Source of the DNA: a virus
Length of the DNA: 64,000 nt
Virus record (IMG/VR): IMGVR_UViG_3300021420_000014
Strand: one strand, 5' to 3'
Both the position numbers and the translations under genes were made by a program. Below, piece after piece: positions 1 to 10,088 of this stretch (positions are counted from its first letter, which is position 1; each line of letters begins with the position of its first letter). Under the pieces are notes generated by a model that saw nothing but the letters and a program-made list of their open reading frames with translations, was not told where the DNA came from and did not search any database.

Positions 1-621
1 GTTAATCAGCTCAGCTTAACTGAAGGTGCGACCGCAGGCGGTGTGGCTGATGGTACGGCTTTCGTTCCGGTCGCTTCCACGAACTACAACGTAGGCCCAG
101 GAGCGAACGTAATCGGCACGCCTGGCGGCACGATCACAGGCACCGGCAAGGGTTGGATTTATGACACGCAACCACTGACGACTTTTCTGGCCGGTACGTG
201 GACCATAGACTTTGAGAATATTCGGGCTTCCGGTGGTGCCCACACTGGCCACGCAATCTGCGAAGTCTACGTTGTCACGGCGAGCACTACCACTGTCACA
301 AAGGTTTCACTGATCGGCACGGCAGATTCTGGACTCATCACACTGGGGACGGTAGCCACCAGATTTCAGGCGACATTCGCCGGATCCCAGATCACACTGA
401 CGGCTAATCAATATCTTTATATTCAGTTTTTTTGGGAATGCACGACGGTCGGAACGGGCACATTTTCTAACCTTGTTGATGACAGCTCTGGAACGACTGC
501 TTCGCAGATCATCACGCCAGCAACCGGCTTGGCAGTAGATGTGATTGATAGCCAAGCACCAGGCCGAGAGTCGCCGCCTATTCCGTTGGCTCATTGGAAT
601 CCTGAAATCGTAGGTTACTGA
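1..621 (+). CDS. virion structural protein, 5'-truncated by window edge
   Basis: Frame is open from base 1; Thr/Gly/Ser-rich beta-type composition; Pro-rich C-terminus ending NPEIVGY; lies in structural module. Confidence 0.55.
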   Translation, partial: VNQLSLTEGATAGGVADGTAFVPVASTNYNVGPGANVIGTPGGTITGTGKGWIYDTQPLTTFLAGTWTIDFENIRASGGAHTGHAICEVYVVTASTTTVTKVSLIGTADSGLITLGTVATRFQATFAGSQITLTANQYLYIQFFWECTTVGTGTFSNLVDDSSGTTASQIITPATGLAVDVIDSQAPGRESPPIPLAHWNPEIVGY

Positions 622-622
622 C

Positions 623-3600
623 ATGCCGAGACGCTGGCAATATCAAGAGAAAGTCCAGCCGGTCGTAACCCCTCCGAATACTGCCGAAACAGTTCACCCT
701 GAAGCGTGGATGCAGCCTCCTACACCGCCGCAACGTAATTGGGCTTTACGTGCTGCGGCCTTCGCTATTGTCCTTGCGGCAGCTTCGTCCGGTAGCCAGC
801 GCAATTTCGACGTTAAAGATTACCCAGGTAACGGCAATTGGCGGCCGGCTTACACGGATATCGTTCCGCGGACCTCGCAGTGGAATTACTACGCAACCCT
901 CTCGGCATCTTCGGGACAAGCTCCATCGGATCCAGAACAGGCAACCGAACCGGAAGAACCGTTTGTAGATAAGTTCGGCCAGCCACCGCCTTCGATTCAT
1001 TTGCGGCGTCGCAATTACGGTGTGTGTTCCGGCAGTACGTTCGTTCCCCCTGTACCGCTATTTTTGGATAAGTGGTTTGAGCCTCCCTCGCAGCCAACTT
1101 ATTCGAAGCGCGCAGTTGATCTGACCCAGACTATTGCTCCCGTTACTGTGCCAGTGGCAGAGACGGTCACCATCGACAAATGGTTCGAACCGCCGTCACA
1201 GCCACTCAAGCAACCGTATCCCTTTGACCTCTTCACAGTTCCTGGCCATCAACAGGCGTTCGCATATATCCACGGCTACGAAGATCATTGGCATCCGAAT
1301 TACCCAGCTTGGCTCGCGCGCGTTCGCAGGGGCCTTAGCTCCGGAAGTGCCTATGTTGGCCTGATCAGCGAGAGCGTCACTCTTGATAAGTGGTACGCAG
1401 CGCCTTCTCAACCAACCTATTTGCCGAAGAGAACTGGCGCAGAGCAGGGTCAGTCGGTCACTGATACGAAACTGCTCACCCAACAAGAGCAGGTCACGAT
1501 TAGTAGATTCAAGGCAACGTATCCGGATTGGTTGCCGCGACCATATTCAGAAGCGACATATGTCGCATCGGGCTATACGGGACCGGTTGTCGTTAGCGAA
1601 GTTGTAACCATCGATAAGTGGTGGCAGCCGTCAAGTCAGCCAATCTACCTGAAGAGATCGCCGGTACTGGATCAGGACGTCACTGATTCACGCCTGCTCA
1701 CGCAGCAAGAATCGGTTTCTATAAGCAAATGGGGTCAACCGGCACCAGAAGTTGCGCGGCGTCGTCGCTATGGCGTCAATTCTGGCAGCGCATTCGTCGG
1801 CCTGATCAGTGAAACGGTCACGCTGGATAAATGGTTCTCGCCTGCGTCTCAGCCATTATTCCAGCCAAGCCGTATTCCCTCGCTTGTACCTGAACCGGCA
1901 TTCGTCCAAGTCGTAGCTGCTGGCGCTGAAGTCGTCACGCTCGACAAGTGGTGGCACGAGCAGCCGGATCCCGTACGGCCTCCGTATCCATACGATCTCT
2001 TCACCGTTCCCGGGCATCAGCAGGCATTCGCAACACTGCACGGCGCCTATTCGCCGATGTATGCGGATTATCCGGGCGCTTTCCCGAAGCCGTTCCCTGC
2101 GCAGCTTTACGTGTCTGCGACTTCTTTCGTTCCTCTGGTGCCGACCGAAGTCGTGCTGGCCGACAAATGGTTGCCGGATTATCCGGTTTGGCTAGCGCGC
2201 ACCTACGTACAACCGGCGTCCGGTGCCGTCACCGTCGTCTCGACAGCAAAAGAATCTGTAAGCGTTGAGAAATTTAAGGCTGATTATGCAGATGCTGTTC
2301 CTCGCCTGGCGCAACGGTCTCCAGTTCTTGACCAGCAAGTAATCGACCCCACGGTCTTACTAAAATCAGGCGAGATTGTCCTGCTCGATAAGTGGTTCGA
2401 ACCGGCTAGTCAGCCAACATATTTAGCGAAGCGGTCTGCTGATCTCAGGCAAGTATTAATTGATCCTAAGGTTCTGACGCAGCAAGAAACGGTTAGCATT
2501 GACCGTTTCGGCCCGAGCTATGTTGATCGCGTAACGCGGTTGTCGCCAATTGCCGCACAAGTATCCTCAAACTGGACAGGGCCAGTCTTCGCTGGCGAAA
2601 TCGTCACCGTCGACAAATGGTTTGAGCCAACTTCACAACCAACCTATCTACCAAAGAGAACTTCGGAATTAATTCAAATCGTTCAGCCGGCCATATCCCT
2701 AACTGAATTCCAACCTGTCTATCCAGATCTGTTGCCGCGTGCGATACCACAACCAACTTCTGGAGCTGCCACGGTTGTTTCGACCGCACAAGAAACTGTT
2801 TTTGTTGAAAAGTTCCAGGCTGATTATGCAGACATCGCACCGCGGTTAGCTGCGCGTTGCATCGTCCTCTATCAAAACGTCATTGATCCGACTGTTCTGC
2901 TCAAGTCTGGCGAAGTTGTCACCATCGACAAATGGTGGCAGCCAGCCTCGCAACCCACATATCTACCGAAGCGGTCGGCAGTTCTAGATCAAGCGGTAAT
3001 TGATTCTAAACTCCTCACGCAAAAAGAAGCGGTCCACGTCGATGCGTGGATGGAACAGCCTGAATACCCGGCCGCCAATCTTTCGCTCAAACTGAAGGTC
3101 TACGCCGCCCAAGCCGCTTCTGGCATGGCGGCAATCGATGCGAAGCAGCTAACTTTGCAAGAAGCAGTTCGCATCGATAAATTCAATCCAGATTATCCGA
3201 GCCGCGTACCAGGAGCATTCAATTCCGCAGTTCAGCAGGCATCGGGCGGCATTTATATGCCTCAGCCGCCCATCGAAACCATCACGCTCGACAAGTGGTG
3301 GGAACCAGCTTCGCAGCCGACATATTTGCCGATCCGCTCGGCTGATCTCACTCAGACCGTAATACCGCCGCCAGAGAAGATCCTGGTCGACAAGTGGTGG
3401 CAGCCGACTTCACAACCAACGTACCTGCCAAAGCGTTCTGCGGAGCTACAGCAGTTCATTATTGATCCGAAGCCGGAGACGATCAGGATCGACAAGTGGG
3501 GGCCTGATTATCAGGCATGGATCAACAGGCCATTCAATTCCGCTATACAGGCAGCTTCCGGCGAAACACTTGTCTTAACGGAAATCGTTAGCTTCGATAA

Positions 3601-3913
3601 GTGGTGGCAACCGGTTTCGCAGCCGACGTATTTAGCGAAGAGAACCGCCGAATTAGGCCAAAGCATTATCGACGCTGGCGCACTGCTGAAACCTGAAACG
3701 GTCAGCATCGACAAATTCGGACCAACTTATCAGAATTGGATCAATCGAATTCCGAACATGGCCGTGCCGGCGAGCTCTGGGGCTGTCTTCCTTGAGTTGC
3801 AGCCGCCGAACATTGGGTTCATTTTTGCTTCAATTTCGGTTACGCCGCTGGTACAGGGAACGCCTTCAGTGAATAGCCTTGTAATTGCAGCTAACATAAA
3901 AGTGGCGAGTTAG
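623..3913 (+). CDS. 1096-aa Pro/Trp-rich repeat protein (DKW repeats), probably virion-associated
   Basis: About 24 copies of V(T/S)(I/L)DK(W/F)xxP at roughly 40-aa spacing; long uninterrupted ORF coupled to upstream gene. Confidence 0.7.
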   Translation: MPRRWQYQEKVQPVVTPPNTAETVHPEAWMQPPTPPQRNWALRAAAFAIVLAAASSGSQRNFDVKDYPGNGNWRPAYTDIVPRTSQWNYYATLSASSGQAPSDPEQATEPEEPFVDKFGQPPPSIHLRRRNYGVCSGSTFVPPVPLFLDKWFEPPSQPTYSKRAVDLTQTIAPVTVPVAETVTIDKWFEPPSQPLKQPYPFDLFTVPGHQQAFAYIHGYEDHWHPNYPAWLARVRRGLSSGSAYVGLISESVTLDKWYAAPSQPTYLPKRTGAEQGQSVTDTKLLTQQEQVTISRFKATYPDWLPRPYSEATYVASGYTGPVVVSEVVTIDKWWQPSSQPIYLKRSPVLDQDVTDSRLLTQQESVSISKWGQPAPEVARRRRYGVNSGSAFVGLISETVTLDKWFSPASQPLFQPSRIPSLVPEPAFVQVVAAGAEVVTLDKWWHEQPDPVRPPYPYDLFTVPGHQQAFATLHGAYSPMYADYPGAFPKPFPAQLYVSATSFVPLVPTEVVLADKWLPDYPVWLARTYVQPASGAVTVVSTAKESVSVEKFKADYADAVPRLAQRSPVLDQQVIDPTVLLKSGEIVLLDKWFEPASQPTYLAKRSADLRQVLIDPKVLTQQETVSIDRFGPSYVDRVTRLSPIAAQVSSNWTGPVFAGEIVTVDKWFEPTSQPTYLPKRTSELIQIVQPAISLTEFQPVYPDLLPRAIPQPTSGAATVVSTAQETVFVEKFQADYADIAPRLAARCIVLYQNVIDPTVLLKSGEVVTIDKWWQPASQPTYLPKRSAVLDQAVIDSKLLTQKEAVHVDAWMEQPEYPAANLSLKLKVYAAQAASGMAAIDAKQLTLQEAVRIDKFNPDYPSRVPGAFNSAVQQASGGIYMPQPPIETITLDKWWEPASQPTYLPIRSADLTQTVIPPPEKILVDKWWQPTSQPTYLPKRSAELQQFIIDPKPETIRIDKWGPDYQAWINRPFNSAIQAASGETLVLTEIVSFDKWWQPVSQPTYLAKRTAELGQSIIDAGALLKPETVSIDKFGPTYQNWINRIPNMAVPASSGAVFLELQPPNIGFIFASISVTPLVQGTPSVNSLVIAANIKVAS

Positions 3914-3971
3914 AGCAGCCCAATTTTCTAGTATTAAAAACAAAGCCCTTATATACTTGCACCGTCGTCCC

Positions 3972-4295
3972 ATGATCATAAGTCCACAAATTTTCTATCC
4001 ACTTAATTCGACGGTCATTACCGTCACTGGCCTGCAGGATTTCTTGTCGCTAGTCTATTTGGATTCGGCGACGGTGACAGCCACCCTGTTCGATGAAAGA
4101 GGAAATAAGGATTCAACGATCAATGGGTTGCCCTTAAATTACATCCCGGCTTCTAACGGTAATTATCAAGGAATCGTCCCCGATACTTTCAATGCCGCGA
4201 TCGGCAGCCGGTATCAACTTCAAATCACCGCGCTACAAGGCATCGAACAAGCGGTCTGGACCTTGGACGCAGCAGTGCGGTATCGTACGCAGTAA
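3972..4295 (+). CDS. small beta-rich structural protein
   Basis: ATG 3972; overlaps next gene (TAATG); beta-strand pattern. Confidence 0.5.
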   Translation: MIISPQIFYPLNSTVITVTGLQDFLSLVYLDSATVTATLFDERGNKDSTINGLPLNYIPASNGNYQGIVPDTFNAAIGSRYQLQITALQGIEQAVWTLDAAVRYRTQ

Positions 4296-4777
4296 TGAAG
4301 TCTGCTCGCGAAGACATTTCCGTCGCACTTTTCAATTTGCTCAGCGGCTATCAGCCTCTCGTCAATCTTTGCAAAAACATCACACGCGTTCCTAGAATTT
4401 GGACTGAAGTGAATGAAGCCGAAAAACCATTCCTGGTTCTGTTCAAGGGCGGACCTGGCACCGAAGATTTCGTTCAGCCACAACAGGCACACATCGGCCT
4501 TACCAAGTACAGAATCAATTACAACCTTTGGCTTTATGTGACGGCCGATCCAACCCACCAGACTGTCGCGGAGACTTTGATCAATCAAATATCCGACCAG
4601 ATCGATGCTGCCATGCAACAGGGTGCCATTCCTAATGCCAGTGGCTTTGCTGAACGGCAAACGCTAGGAAGCCTGGTGAATAATGCCTGGCTTGAGGGTG
4701 GCTCAGAATGGGGTCGCGAATTTGAAGACACCAACGTCGTGGTCTTTTGGCGCATTGCCGTAGAGCTGGGAATCTGA
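4295..4777 (+). CDS. tail completion/terminator-like protein
   Basis: 160 aa directly upstream of tail tube; QTLGSLVNNAW motif typical of this position. Confidence 0.6.
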   Translation: MKSAREDISVALFNLLSGYQPLVNLCKNITRVPRIWTEVNEAEKPFLVLFKGGPGTEDFVQPQQAHIGLTKYRINYNLWLYVTADPTHQTVAETLINQISDQIDAAMQQGAIPNASGFAERQTLGSLVNNAWLEGGSEWGREFEDTNVVVFWRIAVELGI

Positions 4778-4840
4778 TTCTTTCCTTGTTGCTGTTGCTT
4801 TTTTGGTCTAGGCTCTCTCCGTAGCGAAGAGGGTAACCAT

Positions 4841-5611
4841 ACGAGATTAGCCTTCGGCTCGGGGCAATTGTTCGCATTGCCAGGACCATTTTTTGGTGGC
4901 GTCTTCAACGCCTCTCCTGTTTGGTTTGCCACACTGCAAGATGTCGATATCACCATCGACGCCACGATCAAAGAACTCCGCGGCCAGCTTCAATTTCCAG
5001 ATGATACGGCAATCTCGGACAAGAAAATAACCTGGAAAGCCGGCTACGGTCGCTTCTCGATCGATACCTGGAACAACATTTATTTCGGCGATACGATTAG
5101 TGCTGGATCCAACTCCGGTGGCATAGGAGCAGGCGGCGGCGTTCCGCAAGTTCAGGAATCGACCACGCTCGTTTCGACTACTTATACAGTTACCCACTCG
5201 GCCACATTCACACAAGACATGGGCGTCATTTACGGTTCGAACCTTCAACTCTTCCAGAAAGTTACCGGAGCTCCTGCACTGGGCCAATACAACGTTAGCG
5301 CGGGCTTATATACATTCAATGCTTCCGACAACAATAAAGCGATCCTGGTCAGCTATCGCTATCAGATCACCACTGGCCGCGTGCTCGTCGTTCAGAATCA
5401 CGTCCAAGGCTGGGGCCCGCAGTTCGAAATGCTTTTGTCGCAACCTTATCAGGAATTGACGACCGGCATTCCCAATTATCTCGACCTCTACGCTTGCAAG
5501 GCCGGCAAGCTCACCGCTCCGCTCAAGCGCGCCGATTACTTGATCTCCGACATCGAGGGACAAGCGTTCGCAAATTCGGCTGGTTTCCTCGGCGAATTTT
5601 ACGAAGATTGA
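4841..5611 (+). CDS. major tail tube protein (proposed ACG start at 4841; first canonical start is TTG 4868)
   Basis: AFGSGQLF...LQDVDITIDATIKELRGQLQFP tail-tube-type N-terminus; GAGGG SD upstream of ACG; in-frame stop at 4775 with no ATG/GTG/TTG before 4868. Confidence 0.75.
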   Translation, partial: TRLAFGSGQLFALPGPFFGGVFNASPVWFATLQDVDITIDATIKELRGQLQFPDDTAISDKKITWKAGYGRFSIDTWNNIYFGDTISAGSNSGGIGAGGGVPQVQESTTLVSTTYTVTHSATFTQDMGVIYGSNLQLFQKVTGAPALGQYNVSAGLYTFNASDNNKAILVSYRYQITTGRVLVVQNHVQGWGPQFEMLLSQPYQELTTGIPNYLDLYACKAGKLTAPLKRADYLISDIEGQAFANSAGFLGEFYED

Positions 5612-5625
5612 ACGTTATCAACAAG

Positions 5626-6120
5626 TTACGTGCGCCATCGTTTCCGATTCACGATCTTGGATATCGTATTAGGTTTCCTATTGAATCGCTTGGCTAGTTC
5701 AGTTTGCGGAACTCCGGATTCCCACAGCTTTCTAATTTCGCACACTTGCTCGAATTTTAAGCGCGTAGGATAGTGTTCGTCGCCTGCTGGAAAATGCTGC
5801 CTTCCCTTTTTAAGCATATCTTGCATGTTGTCCTGGCGCGTTCCAGTGAATAGGTGAGTAGGTCGAATACAATTAGGTTGGTCGCAATGATGAAACAGCT
5901 CATGGCCCTCTGGTATTGTATTGCCGTGCAGTTCCCATGATACGCGATGGACTACGCGTAATCCTTTGCTCGTTCCAATTTGTCCATAACCATCCTGATT
6001 TTTAGATCCGGTCCAAATCCAGCACGGCCCTAACTCCGGGCACGACGCAGGGATAGGCCCATTCTTGTCGACATGCTTCCAGAATCGTTCTTTGAGAGTA
6101 TTATCTGTAGGACAGGGCAT
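5626..6120 (-). CDS. HNH homing endonuclease with C-terminal HTH
   Basis: RFW..V.K, CWIWTG, HRVSWEL, HHCDQPNCIRPTHLFTGTRQDN; AGGAGG SD. Confidence 0.9.
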   Translation of the reverse strand: MPCPTDNTLKERFWKHVDKNGPIPASCPELGPCWIWTGSKNQDGYGQIGTSKGLRVVHRVSWELHGNTIPEGHELFHHCDQPNCIRPTHLFTGTRQDNMQDMLKKGRQHFPAGDEHYPTRLKFEQVCEIRKLWESGVPQTELAKRFNRKPNTISKIVNRKRWRT

Positions 6121-6188
6121 CGCGCCTCCTGTCAGGTGCGGTGTTCTTCGGGGTCTGCGTGTCCAGCGCAGGCCCTTTTATTTTATCA
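6118..6188. promoter_or_regulatory. extended -10 promoter (TGATAAAAT, - strand) plus two-hairpin element of HNH gene 1
   Basis: Same architecture at 10981-11054 and 18488-18563. Confidence 0.7.
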
Positions 6189-6247
6189 TTTGACAGTGTT
6201 GCTTTTCACGCATATGAAGGGACAGGATGTAGCTCTTCAGAGGGTAT

Positions 6248-6460
6248 CTGCCAGACATAACCTACGAATGCCTCGAATGCGGACATCAGATCACTGAATT
6301 TATTGCTTGTCAATCTTCCATGAAGAAGGGCATCTGCGGTCCTTGCGCAGTTAAGCTGATTCGGATTGCCTTTCCTCCGCGGTTTTCCAAAATTGAATGG
6401 TTCTTTGTTCGGATCAAGCGGCGTCTACTAAAAGAGAAACCAGTTGCAATCGCTGCTTGA
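6248..6460 (+). CDS. FmdB-like zinc-ribbon protein, CTG start (absent from ORF track)
   Basis: (M)PDITYECLECGH...ICGPC, 70 aa; in-frame TAG at 6230; AGAGGG just upstream. Confidence 0.6.
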   Translation: MPDITYECLECGHQITEFIACQSSMKKGICGPCAVKLIRIAFPPRFSKIEWFFVRIKRRLLKEKPVAIAA

Positions 6461-6541
6461 CGGATTGCCTTGACGGTTTTATCATCTGGTCCAGAATCAG
6501 ACTGCCTCGCAATCCTGCCGAGACTATTTGATTCTCCCTTG

Positions 6542-6567
6542 GGGCCTAGCCCTTGCTGGGCCCTTTA
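6542..6567 (+). terminator. possible intrinsic terminator hairpin
   Basis: GGGCCTAGC-CCTT-GCTGGGCCC followed by a short T run. Confidence 0.4.
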
Positions 6568-6710
6568 ATCTGGAGACGCTCTCGTTGAAAATATTGAGCT
6601 ACTCCTAAAATCCGCAAAAGCTGTTCAGGAATACCGCGGCTAACCCAAGCGAGGACGCTCGCAAGCCGCTCAGCAGTTAAAATCCAAACTGAATCCAAGA
6701 GCAAGAGTAA

Positions 6711-7388
6711 ATGCGCGTACACGAAGTCTACATGGATGGGATCTCCGTTCGTATCGCGCCGCTGACCTTCGATGAAACCGAGCAGTACATCGAGGAAAAT
6801 CGCGCGTCGGCGAAACATACCCACCGAGAATGGACAGAGCGCAGTTTGGAGACGGTATGCCGAGCATTAAATAAGGCGGCTGGCCGAGAGGCATGGACGA
6901 TCGAGCGAATCAAGTCAGAGTTGGATCTTGCCTTCTTCCTTTATTTGCACGAACAGATTCTGAACAAGAGTGGGCTCATTACTGTCGCACCGGAAGAGGA
7001 CCATGATGTCGATTTTGCCTTCATTCGCTGCCGCATCGTTACCGAACTTGGCATGACGCCAAATGAAGTAGGAGCAATGGATTTCCCGTTCGTGCAAGAG
7101 TTGCTTGAGTACTGGCTCGATTATCCGCCAGCGCACGTGCTTTTGCGCGCACAAGTTGGATATGACCCGAAGAAGCAAAACTGGCGAGAGCATCGCGCTA
7201 ATGAAGTTGGCGATGAAAGCTATGCACCGGAGCGTAAATCTATAGCTTCACGGCATTCATCGTCTGCTGAAGAAGTCCGTATGGCCATGAATTCCTTTAC
7301 AGGAGCACGACATCTCGATTGTGCTCCAGGCCACATTCAAGAAGCAGTCGCCCGCGCTAAACGCGGCGATCATCTTAACGTTCCGTAA
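6711..7388 (+). CDS. tail assembly chaperone, long (G+T-like) form
   Basis: Between tail tube and tape measure; N-half paralogous to 7402-7734; C-half LGMTPNEVGAMDF..LLEYW resembles gpT-type segments. Confidence 0.6.
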   Translation: MRVHEVYMDGISVRIAPLTFDETEQYIEENRASAKHTHREWTERSLETVCRALNKAAGREAWTIERIKSELDLAFFLYLHEQILNKSGLITVAPEEDHDVDFAFIRCRIVTELGMTPNEVGAMDFPFVQELLEYWLDYPPAHVLLRAQVGYDPKKQNWREHRANEVGDESYAPERKSIASRHSSSAEEVRMAMNSFTGARHLDCAPGHIQEAVARAKRGDHLNVP

Positions 7389-7401
7389 CCGAGGTGAAAC
7401 G

Positions 7402-7734
7402 ATGGTTCGTGTAGTTGATTTCAAGATCGATGAATTCGTTAGTGTAAGGCTTGCGGCAATGAGTTGGGCCGAGGCTGAGAAGTTTCAGGAAGAGACAGCG
7501 CAACTGCTCGCTAACAAAGAAGCAACAAAATCGGAAGATTGGATGGGTCTTACGCAACGCACCGTCATTGAATCGATCAAAAAGGCAACAACGATTAGGC
7601 CCATAGATGGTCAGCCAACAAATGGAGATTTCACCTTAGAGGTTTTGAAGAGGGATTTTGATTTGCCAGCCATCAATGCGATGTACTTTAAGGTGCTCGA
7701 AATCTCCGGTCTCAAGACAGAGGTTAAATCTTAA
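7402..7734 (+). CDS. tail assembly chaperone, short (G-like) paralog
   Basis: GAGGTG SD; aligns with N-half of 6711-7388. Confidence 0.6.
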   Translation: MVRVVDFKIDEFVSVRLAAMSWAEAEKFQEETAQLLANKEATKSEDWMGLTQRTVIESIKKATTIRPIDGQPTNGDFTLEVLKRDFDLPAINAMYFKVLEISGLKTEVKS

Positions 7735-10088
7735 TGGCAGACGATAACCTTCGAATTTCTGCATCTATGGATGTGGGCCCGATCGTCAGCGGTACCAATG
7801 CTGCTGGCGCGGCCGTACAAAGTCTGGCTGACAAGTTCAAACAAGTTGCTGCCGATGCCCAAAGGGCCGGAGATGCTGTCTTAGCTCAAGCGGCTCGCTT
7901 TCAAGCTCAAGGATTGACGGCAGAACAAGCTGCTCAAGCCCTAATGCATTTTGGCAGCAGCGCAACGGAAGCAGCTACAGCAGCAGCGGCGGCAGCAAGT
8001 GCCGCAGGCGTGGAAGCCGCAGCTCTCACAACGGTCGCCGAGGCCGCAACCGGGGCTGGCGTGAGCATGCAAGCGAGTGCCATGGCCGGTGCTAAGGTTA
8101 GAGAAGAATTAGGCGCACTCACCGGAAGCATCGGTGGCATTGAATACGGCTTGGCGCGCGTCGCTTCCCGCATACCAAGTTTGATTCCGATCATCAGCGA
8201 TGTTTTCCCTCTCTTCCTAGCTATCGGTTTCGTGGAAATGCTCGGCGCGATGATTAGCAAGATAGGCGAAGTTGTGTCTGCGTATGAAGGGTGGGACGCG
8301 GTAACTCAAAGACTTTATGCCGATGCCCTCAAGGCAAACGCAGAGGAGATGAAGTACACCACCGATCTAAAGATCCAGCAGATGGAATTGAACGAGATTG
8401 GCCTCAAAGGATCCGAGCTCGAAGCAGTATCGGCAAAAGATGCTCACGCTGCAGCACTATTGAAGACCGCAGATGCCGCGGCAGAACTTGCCGTACAACG
8501 AGATCTTTTGGCCCAGCGTGACAAGACCGCAGCGCAATCCATGCGGGAACAAGGAGTACCAGAAACTGCGATTCGCCCATGGATGGAACAGCAAGCTCTC
8601 GTCAGAGAAGGCAGCAAAGAATGGGACGATCTTACCAAGCGTGCGGCTGAAGCCGGAGAAAAAGCAAGAGACTATGCAAAGGAAGGACAGAACCTAGAGC
8701 TCGTCAAGCTTCCAACCGACAAGCTAAAGGAAACGGCGGATCTAGCCAAAGAGGTGGCAGAGCAAGAGAAAAAATTGCGAGAGATCTGGGATCAGACGGG
8801 CAAGGACGCTGTGAAGGCCTACGATTTGCAGATCGCCGCCACCAAAAATAGGACTAAGGCGGAAGAAGAGATGGGCTTGGCTGTTTCCTCATCAAGCGAT
8901 AGAGAGGTGCGAGCTGCATCAGAAGCCGCAGTAGAAAAAGTCAAGTTTGAAAACGATTATCTGGCCGCTCTTCGGAGCGGTGAAGAACAAGCCGCACTGA
9001 TATCGATAGGAGCTCAGGAGATTGCCGCAAAGCAGCATGCTGAGATGCAGAAGGAAAAGCTTCGCGTATCTCTAGAATCGGCTCCTCACAAATCTAAAGA
9101 CCTAGGAAAGCTACAAACCGATGAGCTAGAAACGCAGAAGCGGCTAGAACAGGAAAAGGCCGACGCTGTTGTCAAAAGCCTAGAGGCACAGCGCGACGCC
9201 ATGGGTTCGCATGCTGCGGAGCTGGGGTCTATTAGCGGTATAGGCGTGGGGACAGCACCGCGGGCAGTGCCGGAAAATGCCGCCGACGCAGCACTGCTAG
9301 CGAAATGGCAAGAGTTACAAAACAAAATCGTCGATGCCAAGAAACAAGCTGCTGCAAAGATGCAAGAGATCGACGGCCAGATCAAGCTCTCCAATCAGCA
9401 AACGGCTAATCAGATCCAGCAATACTGGGCGTCCACCATGATGCGGTTCATGCAGCCGTTCGAGACTGCCTTCGACGGTGTGATCAAAGGAACTGAGTCC
9501 GTAAAGTTCGCCTTCATTAAGTTGGGCGGCGAACTAGTCATGAACATGGTTCATTCCCTAGAACAAATGCTTATGAAATGGATTACCACGCATGTTGCCA
9601 TGACGATTGTGCATGCTCTGATGGGCCAGCAGCAGGTGATTCAGGATACTACTACAGCTGCGGAAAAGCAGGCAATTCAGGCGGCATCGGCCACTGCGAC
9701 CATTACGCAATATGCTGGCGTGGCTGCCGCCGAAGCTTATGCCGCCGAAGCTGCGGTTCCTGTAGTGGGTCCGGGCTTGGCGGCAGGCGCGGCGGCCACA
9801 GCCTTCTCTGAAGTTATGGCCTTCAACGCATTCGCTGCCGCGCAGAAAGGCGCGATCGTGCCACGGAACATGCCCCTCAATGTGCACGAAGGGGAAATGG
9901 TGCTCCCTGCTGGGATTTCTAGACCATTACAGCAAGCGTTAAGTCCTGGCGGCGGTGGGATAGGCGCTAATCCGACGAATGTTCATATCCACGCAATGGA
10001 CAGTGAAAGTATGCGTAGTTTTCTATATCGCAACCAACGCACTTTTGTCTCTTTAGCGCGCGGAGCCATCCGAAACGGGAGATTCTAG
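7734..10088 (+). CDS. tape measure protein
   Basis: 784 aa, Ala-rich helical; C-terminal GAIVP..VHEGEMVLP motif; position after chaperones. Confidence 0.85.
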   Translation: MADDNLRISASMDVGPIVSGTNAAGAAVQSLADKFKQVAADAQRAGDAVLAQAARFQAQGLTAEQAAQALMHFGSSATEAATAAAAAASAAGVEAAALTTVAEAATGAGVSMQASAMAGAKVREELGALTGSIGGIEYGLARVASRIPSLIPIISDVFPLFLAIGFVEMLGAMISKIGEVVSAYEGWDAVTQRLYADALKANAEEMKYTTDLKIQQMELNEIGLKGSELEAVSAKDAHAAALLKTADAAAELAVQRDLLAQRDKTAAQSMREQGVPETAIRPWMEQQALVREGSKEWDDLTKRAAEAGEKARDYAKEGQNLELVKLPTDKLKETADLAKEVAEQEKKLREIWDQTGKDAVKAYDLQIAATKNRTKAEEEMGLAVSSSSDREVRAASEAAVEKVKFENDYLAALRSGEEQAALISIGAQEIAAKQHAEMQKEKLRVSLESAPHKSKDLGKLQTDELETQKRLEQEKADAVVKSLEAQRDAMGSHAAELGSISGIGVGTAPRAVPENAADAALLAKWQELQNKIVDAKKQAAAKMQEIDGQIKLSNQQTANQIQQYWASTMMRFMQPFETAFDGVIKGTESVKFAFIKLGGELVMNMVHSLEQMLMKWITTHVAMTIVHALMGQQQVIQDTTTAAEKQAIQAASATATITQYAGVAAAEAYAAEAAVPVVGPGLAAGAAATAFSEVMAFNAFAAAQKGAIVPRNMPLNVHEGEMVLPAGISRPLQQALSPGGGGIGANPTNVHIHAMDSESMRSFLYRNQRTFVSLARGAIRNGRF

